From the NCBI GenBank assembly GCA_965206595.1, contig OZ242214.1:2944001-3008000 (forward strand): a stretch of 64,000 nt of DNA. Reading direction: 5' to 3'. This document shows positions 1 through 8,044 of the stretch, in pieces. The first letter of the stretch is position 1; each line of letters starts with the position of its first letter. The stretch is from Candidatus Latescibacterota bacterium. Its GTDB lineage: Bacteria; Latescibacterota; UBA2968; UBA8231. The notes below the pieces were generated by a model. It made no database searches. It saw only the letters and a list, made by a program, of their open reading frames with translations, and was not told the DNA's origin. Made by a program: the position numbers and the translations under genes.

Positions 1-82
1 CGTCTGACTGGCTACCATCCTGCAATCTGATTCAGCGACTCAACGCGATGTCGAGGGGATCAGCATCGGGGCAGAATGAGAA

Positions 83-1177
83 ATGCAAACCAAGAAGCAG
101 ACGCAACTAGACGTTGTATCCAGGGTCAGATCCAGGCATGACTTGCGGTCCAAGGACGTCTGCGAGGCCGTCGGAAACGATCTGCTTTTACTGGATCTCA
201 TCGAAACTCCAGCGTTCCAGCGTTTGAAAGATATCCGATTCCTCGGAGCTATTGATTACCGTCTGATCTCTTCGCCAAATGGAAAACCAGGGGCAATCAG
301 GTACACTCGCTACGAGCACAGTCTTGGAGTCGTTCGGTTGGCAAGCATGTACTGCGCAAGCCAGGAAATGCCATCGGCTGATCAACGGTTGGTTTGCGTT
401 GCGGCCTTGCTCCACGACGTCGGACATCCTCCGCTGTCACATTCGATGGAATCCGTCTTCAGGGAGAAATGCAGTATCGATCACCATAGAGCGACGGAAG
501 AAATAATCCGTGGCCGAGTCTCTCTGGGCGAAATGGTCTTTTCAACGCTTCGACGCCATGGTGCAGATGTGGATAGGTTAATCGCAGTTATTTCCGGTGA
601 ATGTACGGAGTTCCATGGTTTCTTTAACGGTCCAATCAGTTTCGATACCATCGAAGGCATTCTTCGTTCTTTCCGTTATACCCAAAAAACTCCTACTACC
701 CCGAATCCAGACAGCGTAACGTTTGCTGCCATAAGACGAACAGCCTTACAAGACCGGGTAATGGTTGATGAGTTCTGGCAGACCAAAAACCTCGTTTATA
801 AGACCATTGTCAATTCACGAGAGGGGATTCTTTCAGACTTCGCATGCCGGCTCTTCCTGCTGCGCAATCCTGAGTACATTAATCTCGAATATTACTTTGC
901 AACTGAGGCCAGGTTGTTTCGGAAACTGCCGGGTTTGAGAAAGCTGCTGATAAGTAGCTCGTTCGAGGAGGAAATTACGAGAATGATTGATGAACCTGTC
1001 CGTTATTGGTATCGTGATTACTATATTGATCAAAAGGGTGACTTCTTTACTCGGCAAGACAGTGTCCGTTACCGGCATAGTCGCAATATAGCCACTTTGC
1101 AACTCAAGGATTGGTCTAGGTTGGCGACCACGGAAACCGATTTTCAAGGAGGGTTGTTCGATGACAACCGCCTATGA
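83..1177 (+). CDS. HD-domain phosphohydrolase, SAMHD1/dNTP triphosphohydrolase-like
   Basis: Motifs FQRLKDIRFLG, TRYEHSLGV and AALLHDVGHPPLSH. Overlaps the next gene. Region is AT-richer than the downstream genes. Confidence 0.85.
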   Translation: MQTKKQTQLDVVSRVRSRHDLRSKDVCEAVGNDLLLLDLIETPAFQRLKDIRFLGAIDYRLISSPNGKPGAIRYTRYEHSLGVVRLASMYCASQEMPSADQRLVCVAALLHDVGHPPLSHSMESVFREKCSIDHHRATEEIIRGRVSLGEMVFSTLRRHGADVDRLIAVISGECTEFHGFFNGPISFDTIEGILRSFRYTQKTPTTPNPDSVTFAAIRRTALQDRVMVDEFWQTKNLVYKTIVNSREGILSDFACRLFLLRNPEYINLEYYFATEARLFRKLPGLRKLLISSSFEEEITRMIDEPVRYWYRDYYIDQKGDFFTRQDSVRYRHSRNIATLQLKDWSRLATTETDFQGGLFDDNRL

Positions 1178-2093
1178 GCGCAATTTTGAATATTCCGGAA
1201 ATACCCTTGCCCAAATCAGAAAGCATTTTAAAGAGAATGAACTTGGCGATAAAATACTTGTGGTATGCGGTTCATATGCTCGACGGGAGGCTTCCAAGAA
1301 CTCGGATATCGATTTTTTCCTAATTTCTGGCGACACAACCGAAGATGCTTCGTTAATCCATACTGTAGGATCTGCCATCAGGGAAGTCGTACCGCACGCA
1401 TCGGCAAAAAATGGACCTTTTCAAGGAAATGAAAACAGCTCCGAGATGCTTCGAAATATCGGGGGTGAAAATGACGACAACCCGAAGCTTACCCGTCGCG
1501 TACTGCTTCTTCTCGAAGGCGAATGGTTGTTCAATGAAAAAGGGCTTAGAGATTTTCGGCGAAAGATCCTCGAGCACTATATCCGGGACGAAATGAAAGA
1601 TCAGATGTTGGCGCTGTTTTTACTCAATGACATCATCAGGTACTACCGAACCATTGCCGTAGACTATGAATTCAAGACCTATGGAGGTGAAGACCCAAAG
1701 CCCTGGGGTATACGAAACATAAAACTGGTTTTTTCAAGAAAACTTCTCTATGCCAGTGGTTTGTTTAGCATTGCCATGACAGCCGACCGCGCGAGAGATG
1801 TTAAAATCTCATTACTGGAAGAATTGCTCGCCCTTCCCGTAATTGAACGAATGAAGTCGATATGTGGAGAATCCGAAATAGATCCCGGTCTGAGGAGTTA
1901 TAACCTCTTTCTTGAAAAGCTTGCCGATCCCAAGGTCCAGGATTGTTTGAATAAACTACAGCACTCAGAACGTCAAGACCCACTTTTTCGGGAACTTAAA
2001 AACGAGGGACATCAGTTCACTCGTCAATTGTTGAAACTATTTGAGAACACATTTGACTCTACTCATCCGATTCGACGGGCCGTAGTATTCTAA
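1161..2093 (+). CDS. Pol-beta superfamily nucleotidyltransferase with a helical C-terminal domain
   Basis: GSYARREASKNSDIDFF matches the GS...DxD motif. RBS GGAGG upstream. 17-nt overlap with the HD gene. Confidence 0.8.
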   Translation: MTTAYERNFEYSGNTLAQIRKHFKENELGDKILVVCGSYARREASKNSDIDFFLISGDTTEDASLIHTVGSAIREVVPHASAKNGPFQGNENSSEMLRNIGGENDDNPKLTRRVLLLLEGEWLFNEKGLRDFRRKILEHYIRDEMKDQMLALFLLNDIIRYYRTIAVDYEFKTYGGEDPKPWGIRNIKLVFSRKLLYASGLFSIAMTADRARDVKISLLEELLALPVIERMKSICGESEIDPGLRSYNLFLEKLADPKVQDCLNKLQHSERQDPLFRELKNEGHQFTRQLLKLFENTFDSTHPIRRAVVF

Positions 2094-2217
2094 AGTGTTT
2101 CCCTTTCGGGCACTTAGCGCCTTTTCATCCTGCGTCCAGCGCCCGCTAAATTGATCTCGCCGGGGCATAAGCCGTCCCTCCAGAAATTCCTCCGCACCAC
2201 CAATCCGGCATCCACCA

Positions 2218-3597
2218 ATGAACCCATTCACCAACGCCCGCCCTGAACTCGAGGCCCTCCTCGGGGAGCGCCTGTCGGTGGCCGGCGACGTCCTCGCCTC
2301 CCACTCGAAGGACGCCTCCCACCACCGGCCGCAGCCGCCCCAGGCGGTCGCCTTCCCGAACGGCAATCCCGAGGTCGCGGCCCTGGTCGAGATCTGCCGG
2401 CGCCACCGCCTGCCGGTCATTCCCTTCGGCAAGGGGACCGCAGTGGAAGGGGGCGTGGTCGCGGTCAGCGGCGGGCTCAGCGTCGACCTCTCCCGCATGA
2501 ACGCCATCCTCGAGGTCAACCCAGGCGACCTCGACGCCAGGGTCGAGGCGGGGGTGACGCGCAAGCAGCTCAACCGCCATCTCGCGGAGGCCTTTACCGG
2601 CCTGCACTTCCCCGTCGACCCGGGGGCCGACGCCAGCCTCGGCGGCATGGCCGCCACCCGCGCCTCCGGCACCGAGGCGGTCGGCTACGGGACCATGCGC
2701 GAGAACGTGCTGGGGTTGACGGTGGTGACCGCGGACGCACGGCTGGTGCGGACCGGCGGCCGGGCGCGCAAATCCGCCGCCGGGTACGACCTCACCCGGC
2801 TGCTGGTCGGCTCCGAAGGGACCCTCGGCATCATCACCGAGGTCTGCGTCAGGCTGGCGCGCCTCCCAGCGGCGATCGCCGCCACGGTCTGCCCCTTTCC
2901 CGGCATCGAAGCGGCCGCCGCCGCGGTGATCGAGCTGATTACCTCAGGCATCCGGATCGCCCGCAGCGAGCTCCTCGACGAGATCCAGATCGACGCCGTC
3001 AACCGCTACGCCGGCTTCGACCACCCGGTCACGCCGACGCTGTTCCTCGAGTTCCACGGCAGCGAGCTGGCCGTTGCCGAGGAGGCCGCGGCAGCCGGGG
3101 CCATCGCCGCCCGCCACGGCGGCGCGGATTTCCGCTGGGCCACCGAGGCTCCGGAGCGGGAGCGCCTATGGCAAGCCCGCCACGACGGGTACTACGCCTG
3201 CCTGGCCCTGCGCCCCGGCTCGGTCGGGTACGTCACCGACGTCTGCGTGCCGGTTTCACGGCTGGCCGACTGCATACTGCGAGCCAAGCAGGACCTCGCC
3301 GGCTCGGAGCTGATCGCCCCGGTCTTCGGGCACGTGGGGGACGGCAACTTCCACGTCGTCTACCTGCTCGACCCGCAGCGGCCCCAAGAGCTGGAGGAAG
3401 CCCGCCGGCTCGGGGACCGCCTGGTCGCCCACGCCCTCGAGCTGGGCGGCACCTGCAGCGGCGAGCACGGCATCGGCATCGGCAAGCTCGACGCCCTCGA
3501 GCGCGAGTGCGGCGAGGGGGTGTCGCTCATGCGCGACATCAAGCGTGCCCTGGATCCGGACAACATCATGAATCCGGGAAAGGTAGTGCGGCTGTAG
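2218..3597 (+). CDS. FAD-linked oxidase, D-lactate dehydrogenase/GlcD family
   Basis: Motifs PFGKGTAVEG, DPGADASLGGM, GSEGTLGIITE, GHVGDGNFH, SGEHGIG and MNPGK. Confidence 0.92.
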   Translation: MNPFTNARPELEALLGERLSVAGDVLASHSKDASHHRPQPPQAVAFPNGNPEVAALVEICRRHRLPVIPFGKGTAVEGGVVAVSGGLSVDLSRMNAILEVNPGDLDARVEAGVTRKQLNRHLAEAFTGLHFPVDPGADASLGGMAATRASGTEAVGYGTMRENVLGLTVVTADARLVRTGGRARKSAAGYDLTRLLVGSEGTLGIITEVCVRLARLPAAIAATVCPFPGIEAAAAAVIELITSGIRIARSELLDEIQIDAVNRYAGFDHPVTPTLFLEFHGSELAVAEEAAAAGAIAARHGGADFRWATEAPERERLWQARHDGYYACLALRPGSVGYVTDVCVPVSRLADCILRAKQDLAGSELIAPVFGHVGDGNFHVVYLLDPQRPQELEEARRLGDRLVAHALELGGTCSGEHGIGIGKLDALERECGEGVSLMRDIKRALDPDNIMNPGKVVRL

Positions 3598-3722
3598 CCC
3601 CTCGGAGGGGCCGCGAAGGCCGCGATCGGCTTTACCCTCGGCAGGCGATTTTCTATCGTTTGCCGCCCTCGACGGCGCCGGTACCCCGCGCCGGAAGCAA
3701 GCCTCCCACCCGGAAAAGCCTC

Positions 3723-4949
3723 ATGAAGATCACCGACGTAGAAGTCTTCCACATCAACCCTCGCCTGGCCGACCGCAACGCCGGCCAGAAGCCGCGCTTC
3801 GCCGGCATCGACACCCAGACCGTGTACAAGGTCACCACCGACAACGGCATCGTCGGCTACGGCGAAACGCGCGGCCACTCCCACCTCCCCGAAAAAACCC
3901 TCGACGCGCTCGTCGGCCGCAATCCCTTCGAGCTCGTCAACGCCCCCTGGACCGGCGGCCTCGCCGGGGCCCTCTTCGACGTCATGGGCAAGCACGTCGA
4001 GCTGCCGGCGTACCGGCTTATGGGGGAGAAGGTGCGGGAGCGCATTCCGGTGGCGGCCTGGACGCGTCCGGCTTCCCCTGAGGATCTGGCCTCTGAGGTG
4101 CAGCGCGCCGCGGACGAGGGGTACACCCTCTTCAAGATCCACACCTGCACCTACTACGACGTGCTCGAGCAGCACCGGGCGGTCGAGGACGTCGCCCCCC
4201 CGGGATTCCTCATGCACTACGACTTCAACCACAACCGCACCCCGGGCTCGGTGTCGCGGCTGATCGAGGAGCTGGAGAAGTCGCCGTTTACCGGCTTCAT
4301 CGAGGATCCGATGCGCTGGCAGGACCTCGACGGCTGGCGCTCCCTGCGGGCGCGGACGCGGCTGCCGCTGGTGATGCACGTGCCCCAGCTCGGAGGCGGA
4401 CAGGAGATCATCCACGGATGCGCCGACATGTACATGGTCGGCGAAGGGGGTCCGTTCACCCCGGTGCAGCGCGGCTTCGCCTGCGCCCAGGCCAACCTGT
4501 CGGTGGTAATCCAGATGACCGGCGGCACCCTGTGCAAGGCCCTGGCCATGCACCTGGGGGCGGTGCTGCCGAACCTGTCGCATTCCATCAACCTCGACGA
4601 CCAGTACGGCGAGGACGTCACCGGCGGCCGCCTCGAGGTCGCCGAGGGCAGCACCCCGGTCCCCGAGGAGCCGGGGCTCGGCGTCTCCGTGGACGAGGCG
4701 GAGTTGGCGCGCATGGCCCGAAACCCGAAGACGGTGCTGCCGCGCTACATCACGGTGATGCGCCTGCCCCGCGGCGGCGTCTACTCGATGGCGGGCTGGC
4801 CCAAGGTCGAAAGCGCGACCGGTTTTGCCGAGGGAAACATCAGGGGGATCCGCCTCGACGTGCGCGACGACGACGGCAGCGACGAGTTCGACCGCCTCTA
4901 CCGGGAGCTCTCGGAGCAGGGCCCCCGCTTCGACAACCCGAACGCCTGA
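3723..4949 (+). CDS. Mandelate racemase/muconate lactonizing (enolase superfamily) protein
   Basis: Starts MKITDVEV. Motifs TDNGIVGYGE, ALFDVMGK, FKIH, DFN, FIEDP and PGLGV. Start reassigned from the extended ORF to ATG 3723. Confidence 0.85.
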   Translation: MKITDVEVFHINPRLADRNAGQKPRFAGIDTQTVYKVTTDNGIVGYGETRGHSHLPEKTLDALVGRNPFELVNAPWTGGLAGALFDVMGKHVELPAYRLMGEKVRERIPVAAWTRPASPEDLASEVQRAADEGYTLFKIHTCTYYDVLEQHRAVEDVAPPGFLMHYDFNHNRTPGSVSRLIEELEKSPFTGFIEDPMRWQDLDGWRSLRARTRLPLVMHVPQLGGGQEIIHGCADMYMVGEGGPFTPVQRGFACAQANLSVVIQMTGGTLCKALAMHLGAVLPNLSHSINLDDQYGEDVTGGRLEVAEGSTPVPEEPGLGVSVDEAELARMARNPKTVLPRYITVMRLPRGGVYSMAGWPKVESATGFAEGNIRGIRLDVRDDDGSDEFDRLYRELSEQGPRFDNPNA

Positions 4950-5047
4950 GCGCAGCCGGCCCGGTATCCACCACCCCACAAGCCGGCCGCCCTGTGCGGC
5001 CGAGCGATAGCGGAGACAGCTCGCGCTGTGCTCAAGAGCGACATCGA

Positions 5048-6187
5048 ATGACTCTCATCGACCAACTGACCCGCATCGGCAAGGGCAGGACGGGCCGCGC
5101 CTCCTCGTGGGACACCAGCGGCCGCAACGCCGACTTCTGGGCCTTCGAACCGGGGGAATCCCGGGTGCTCGCCGACATCGACGGCCCCGGCGCCATCACC
5201 CACCTGTGGATGACCCAGCCCAACCACTACCGCGAGGTGCTGCTGAAGATCACCTGGGACAATGCCGGGCAGCCGAGCGTGCTCTGTCCGCTCGGGGACT
5301 TCTTCGGGCTCGGCCACGGGATCGTCAACTCCTACCAGTCGCTCCTGTTCAGCGCCTCGACCCGCCGCGACAACTGCTTCAACGAGGGGTGCGCCCTCAA
5401 CAGCTACGCGCGCATGCCGTTCCGCGAGCGCGCCGTCGTCGAGCTCGTCAACGAGAGCAGGGAGCTTCACCGCCAGTACTTCTACGTCGACTACGAGCAG
5501 GACGCCTCGTCGCCGCCCGAGGACGCCGGGTATTTCCACGCCGAGTTCCGCCGCGAGAACCCGTTCGGCGGCTGGTCGCACGACATCCTCGTCAACCACC
5601 CGGAAGCCGACGTCGTCAACAAGGAGCGCACCGCCTGGGAGAACAACTACGTCATCCTCGACACCGCGGGCCGCGGCCACTACATCGGCTGCAACCTCAG
5701 CGTCACCAACTTCCAGGGGACCTGGTGGGGGGAGGGGGACGACATGATCTGGGTCGACGGGTACAAGTGGCCCCCCGACCTGCACGGCACCGGCAGCGAG
5801 GACTACCTCAACCAGGCCTGGGGCATGCAGGACAACGCCTTCCTGCGCAACGGCTCGTCGATCCACGAGGAGAACACCGGCGGCTACCAGACCAGCTACG
5901 TCCACCACCTCGAAAACCCGGTCCGCTTCGAGAGGGAGATCAGGGTCACCATCGAGCACGGGCACGGGAATCACCTCTGCAACGAGATGAGCAGCGTCGC
6001 CTACTGGTACGCGGCGGAGCCGGGACGGGTGAAGAAGCCGCCCCCGGTGGCCAGGCGCATGCCGGTGCTGCGCGACAACCAGGGGAACTGGCTGGACCAG
6101 CGCCGCAACCAGACGACGTCGAGGCGGGTCGAGCCGAACCGCGAGATGCGGGTAATGGCGGAGAAGTGGAAGAAGCGGGGCTCATAG
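5048..6187 (+). CDS. DUF2961 (GH172-like) protein
   Basis: Motifs GPGAITHLWMT, PLGDFFG, WWGEGDDMI, HGTGSEDY and SSVAYWY. Start at ATG 5048. Confidence 0.85.
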   Translation: MTLIDQLTRIGKGRTGRASSWDTSGRNADFWAFEPGESRVLADIDGPGAITHLWMTQPNHYREVLLKITWDNAGQPSVLCPLGDFFGLGHGIVNSYQSLLFSASTRRDNCFNEGCALNSYARMPFRERAVVELVNESRELHRQYFYVDYEQDASSPPEDAGYFHAEFRRENPFGGWSHDILVNHPEADVVNKERTAWENNYVILDTAGRGHYIGCNLSVTNFQGTWWGEGDDMIWVDGYKWPPDLHGTGSEDYLNQAWGMQDNAFLRNGSSIHEENTGGYQTSYVHHLENPVRFEREIRVTIEHGHGNHLCNEMSSVAYWYAAEPGRVKKPPPVARRMPVLRDNQGNWLDQRRNQTTSRRVEPNREMRVMAEKWKKRGS

Positions 6188-6398
6188 CGGGTGGACGCGC
6201 GATGCCGCTTTCATCCGTTTGCCGCGGCATCCGGGGATACATCACGGTCCGATCCAGCACCGGATCATCTGTGCCATCTTGTTCCTCGCTCCCCGCTGAC
6301 AGGCATCGCTCCCCCTGAGGCCCGGCTTTCGACGCGTTTCCTGATCCCTGCCGCAATGTCCTCACCCACCCGCATGCAAGACGAATCCGCGGACTGCC

Positions 6399-7337
6399 TT
6401 GGTTGAACCGTCCTTCGAGCCGGCCGTCTTCGCGCCCTCGGGACTCGAGGGCGAGGCCCTGTACTTCGCCTTCCGCGGCGACCGCCTGCTGGTGCGGATG
6501 GCGGAAGGCCGCGCCGAGGTTCCGCGGCTGACCTCCTTCGCCGAAGCCGGAGTGAAGACGGACACGGGTCCGGGGGAACGGAAAGATGGCGGCCCTGCAC
6601 AAGGGGAATCCCCGGGAGCCGGCGGCGCCGTCCCGGCCGAGCATTACCTCGGGGCCATCGCCGATGCCCACCCCGGCAAGCACGCCGGCCTCCCCTGCTT
6701 CGCCGTCGATCTTCCCGCCTCCGCCGAGGCGGCCGACGGCCTCGCCTTCGAGGGGCTGAGGCAGCTCTTCGGCCTCATCGACGAGGAGCTGTTCGCCGTG
6801 GCCGGCCGCGCCTTCCAGGTCGTTCAGTGGGACCGCACCCACCGCTTCTGCGGGCGCTGCGGCGGCGCCACCGTCCACCACGAGCGGGACCGCGCCCGCC
6901 AGTGCCCGGGCTGCGGCCTGGTCTCCTACCCGAGAGTATCGCCGGCCGTCATCGTCCTCGTCAGCCGCGGCGACCGCTTCCTGCTCGCCCGCAACGCCAG
7001 CTTCCCCGGAAAGCGCTACAGCATCCTCGCCGGTTTCGTCGAGGCCGGGGAGACCCTCGAGACCGCGGTGGTCCGCGAGATCCGCGAGGAGGTCGGCATC
7101 GAAGTCCGCGCCGTCACCTACTTCGGCAGCCAGCCGTGGCCGTTCCCCCACTCCCTGATGGTCGGCTTCACCGCGGAGCACGCCTCCGGGGAGATCGCCA
7201 TCGACGGCGAGGAGATCGTCGACGCGGGGTGGTACAGTGCGGACCCGGAGCAGCTTCCCGAGCTGCCGAACCGGATCAGCATCTCGCGCCGGATCATCGA
7301 TTCGTTCCTGAACGCCCACGGGGTGCACCTCCCGTGA
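6399..7337 (+). CDS. nudC: NAD+ diphosphatase
   Basis: Zinc ribbon FCGRCG...CPGC, YPRVSPAVIV, Nudix box GFVEAGETLETAVVREIREEVG, and SQPWPFPHSLM. Confidence 0.93.
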   Translation: MVEPSFEPAVFAPSGLEGEALYFAFRGDRLLVRMAEGRAEVPRLTSFAEAGVKTDTGPGERKDGGPAQGESPGAGGAVPAEHYLGAIADAHPGKHAGLPCFAVDLPASAEAADGLAFEGLRQLFGLIDEELFAVAGRAFQVVQWDRTHRFCGRCGGATVHHERDRARQCPGCGLVSYPRVSPAVIVLVSRGDRFLLARNASFPGKRYSILAGFVEAGETLETAVVREIREEVGIEVRAVTYFGSQPWPFPHSLMVGFTAEHASGEIAIDGEEIVDAGWYSADPEQLPELPNRISISRRIIDSFLNAHGVHLP

Positions 7338-7996
7338 CGGCCCGGGGCAAGCCCTTCACCCGGGCGCAGAAGGCAGAGGTGATCGCCAGCACCCTCGACG
7401 AGCTGTTCCCGGCGCCGGCGATCCCGCTGCGGCACCGCGACCCCTACACCCTGCTGGTCGCCGTGGTGCTGTCGGCGCAGTGCACGGACGCGCGCGTCAA
7501 CGAGGTGACCCCGGTGCTGTTCGCCGCAGCGGATACCGCCGAAAAGATGGCGCGGCTGACGGCGGCGCAGATCGAGAAGATCATCAAGCCCTGCGGGCTG
7601 GCCCCCACCAAGGCGAAGAACATCCGCGAGACGTCCCGCATCCTGGCCGAGCAGTACGGGGGGGAGGTGCCGCGCAGCCTCGCCGAGCTGGAGGAGCTGC
7701 CGGGAGTCGGGCACAAGACGGCGCAGGTGGTGGTGTCGCAGGCTTTCGGCATCCCCGCCTTTCCCGTCGACACCCACATCCACAGGCTGGCTTACCGCTG
7801 GGGGCTGTCGACGGGCAGGAACGTCGTGCAGACCGAGAAGGACCTGAAGCGCACCTTCCCGAAGGAACGCTGGAACGACCTCCACAAGCAGATCATCTAC
7901 TTCGGCCGCCAGTACTGCCCGGCCCGCGGCCACGACCCGGAGGAGTGCGTCCTGTGCCGCGTCGTCGGCCGCAGGAGCCTGTTCGCGAAGCGGTAG
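7334..7996 (+). CDS. nth: Endonuclease III
   Basis: LSAQCTDARVN, HhH motif LPGVGHKTA and VDTH. GTG start overlaps the nudC stop (GTGA). Confidence 0.92.
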   Translation: MTARGKPFTRAQKAEVIASTLDELFPAPAIPLRHRDPYTLLVAVVLSAQCTDARVNEVTPVLFAAADTAEKMARLTAAQIEKIIKPCGLAPTKAKNIRETSRILAEQYGGEVPRSLAELEELPGVGHKTAQVVVSQAFGIPAFPVDTHIHRLAYRWGLSTGRNVVQTEKDLKRTFPKERWNDLHKQIIYFGRQYCPARGHDPEECVLCRVVGRRSLFAKR

Positions 7997-8044
7997 GGTG
8001 AGGAGGGAAGGTGGGTGGGGGTCTGGGGGTCTTGAATCCTTCGG

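Noticed and set aside
1161-2093. CBASS cyclase or Hailong HalB assignment
   Set aside because: No CBASS-type effector, no membrane HalA-like partner and no C-terminal Tyr are visible. It cannot be assigned without HMMs.
3168-5047. Extended N-termini in the ORF track (3168, 4418; likewise 6827, 21623, 31100, 47530, 49595, 51275, 56316)
   Set aside because: They overlap upstream genes or precede clear RBS and signal-peptide starts, so downstream starts were used.
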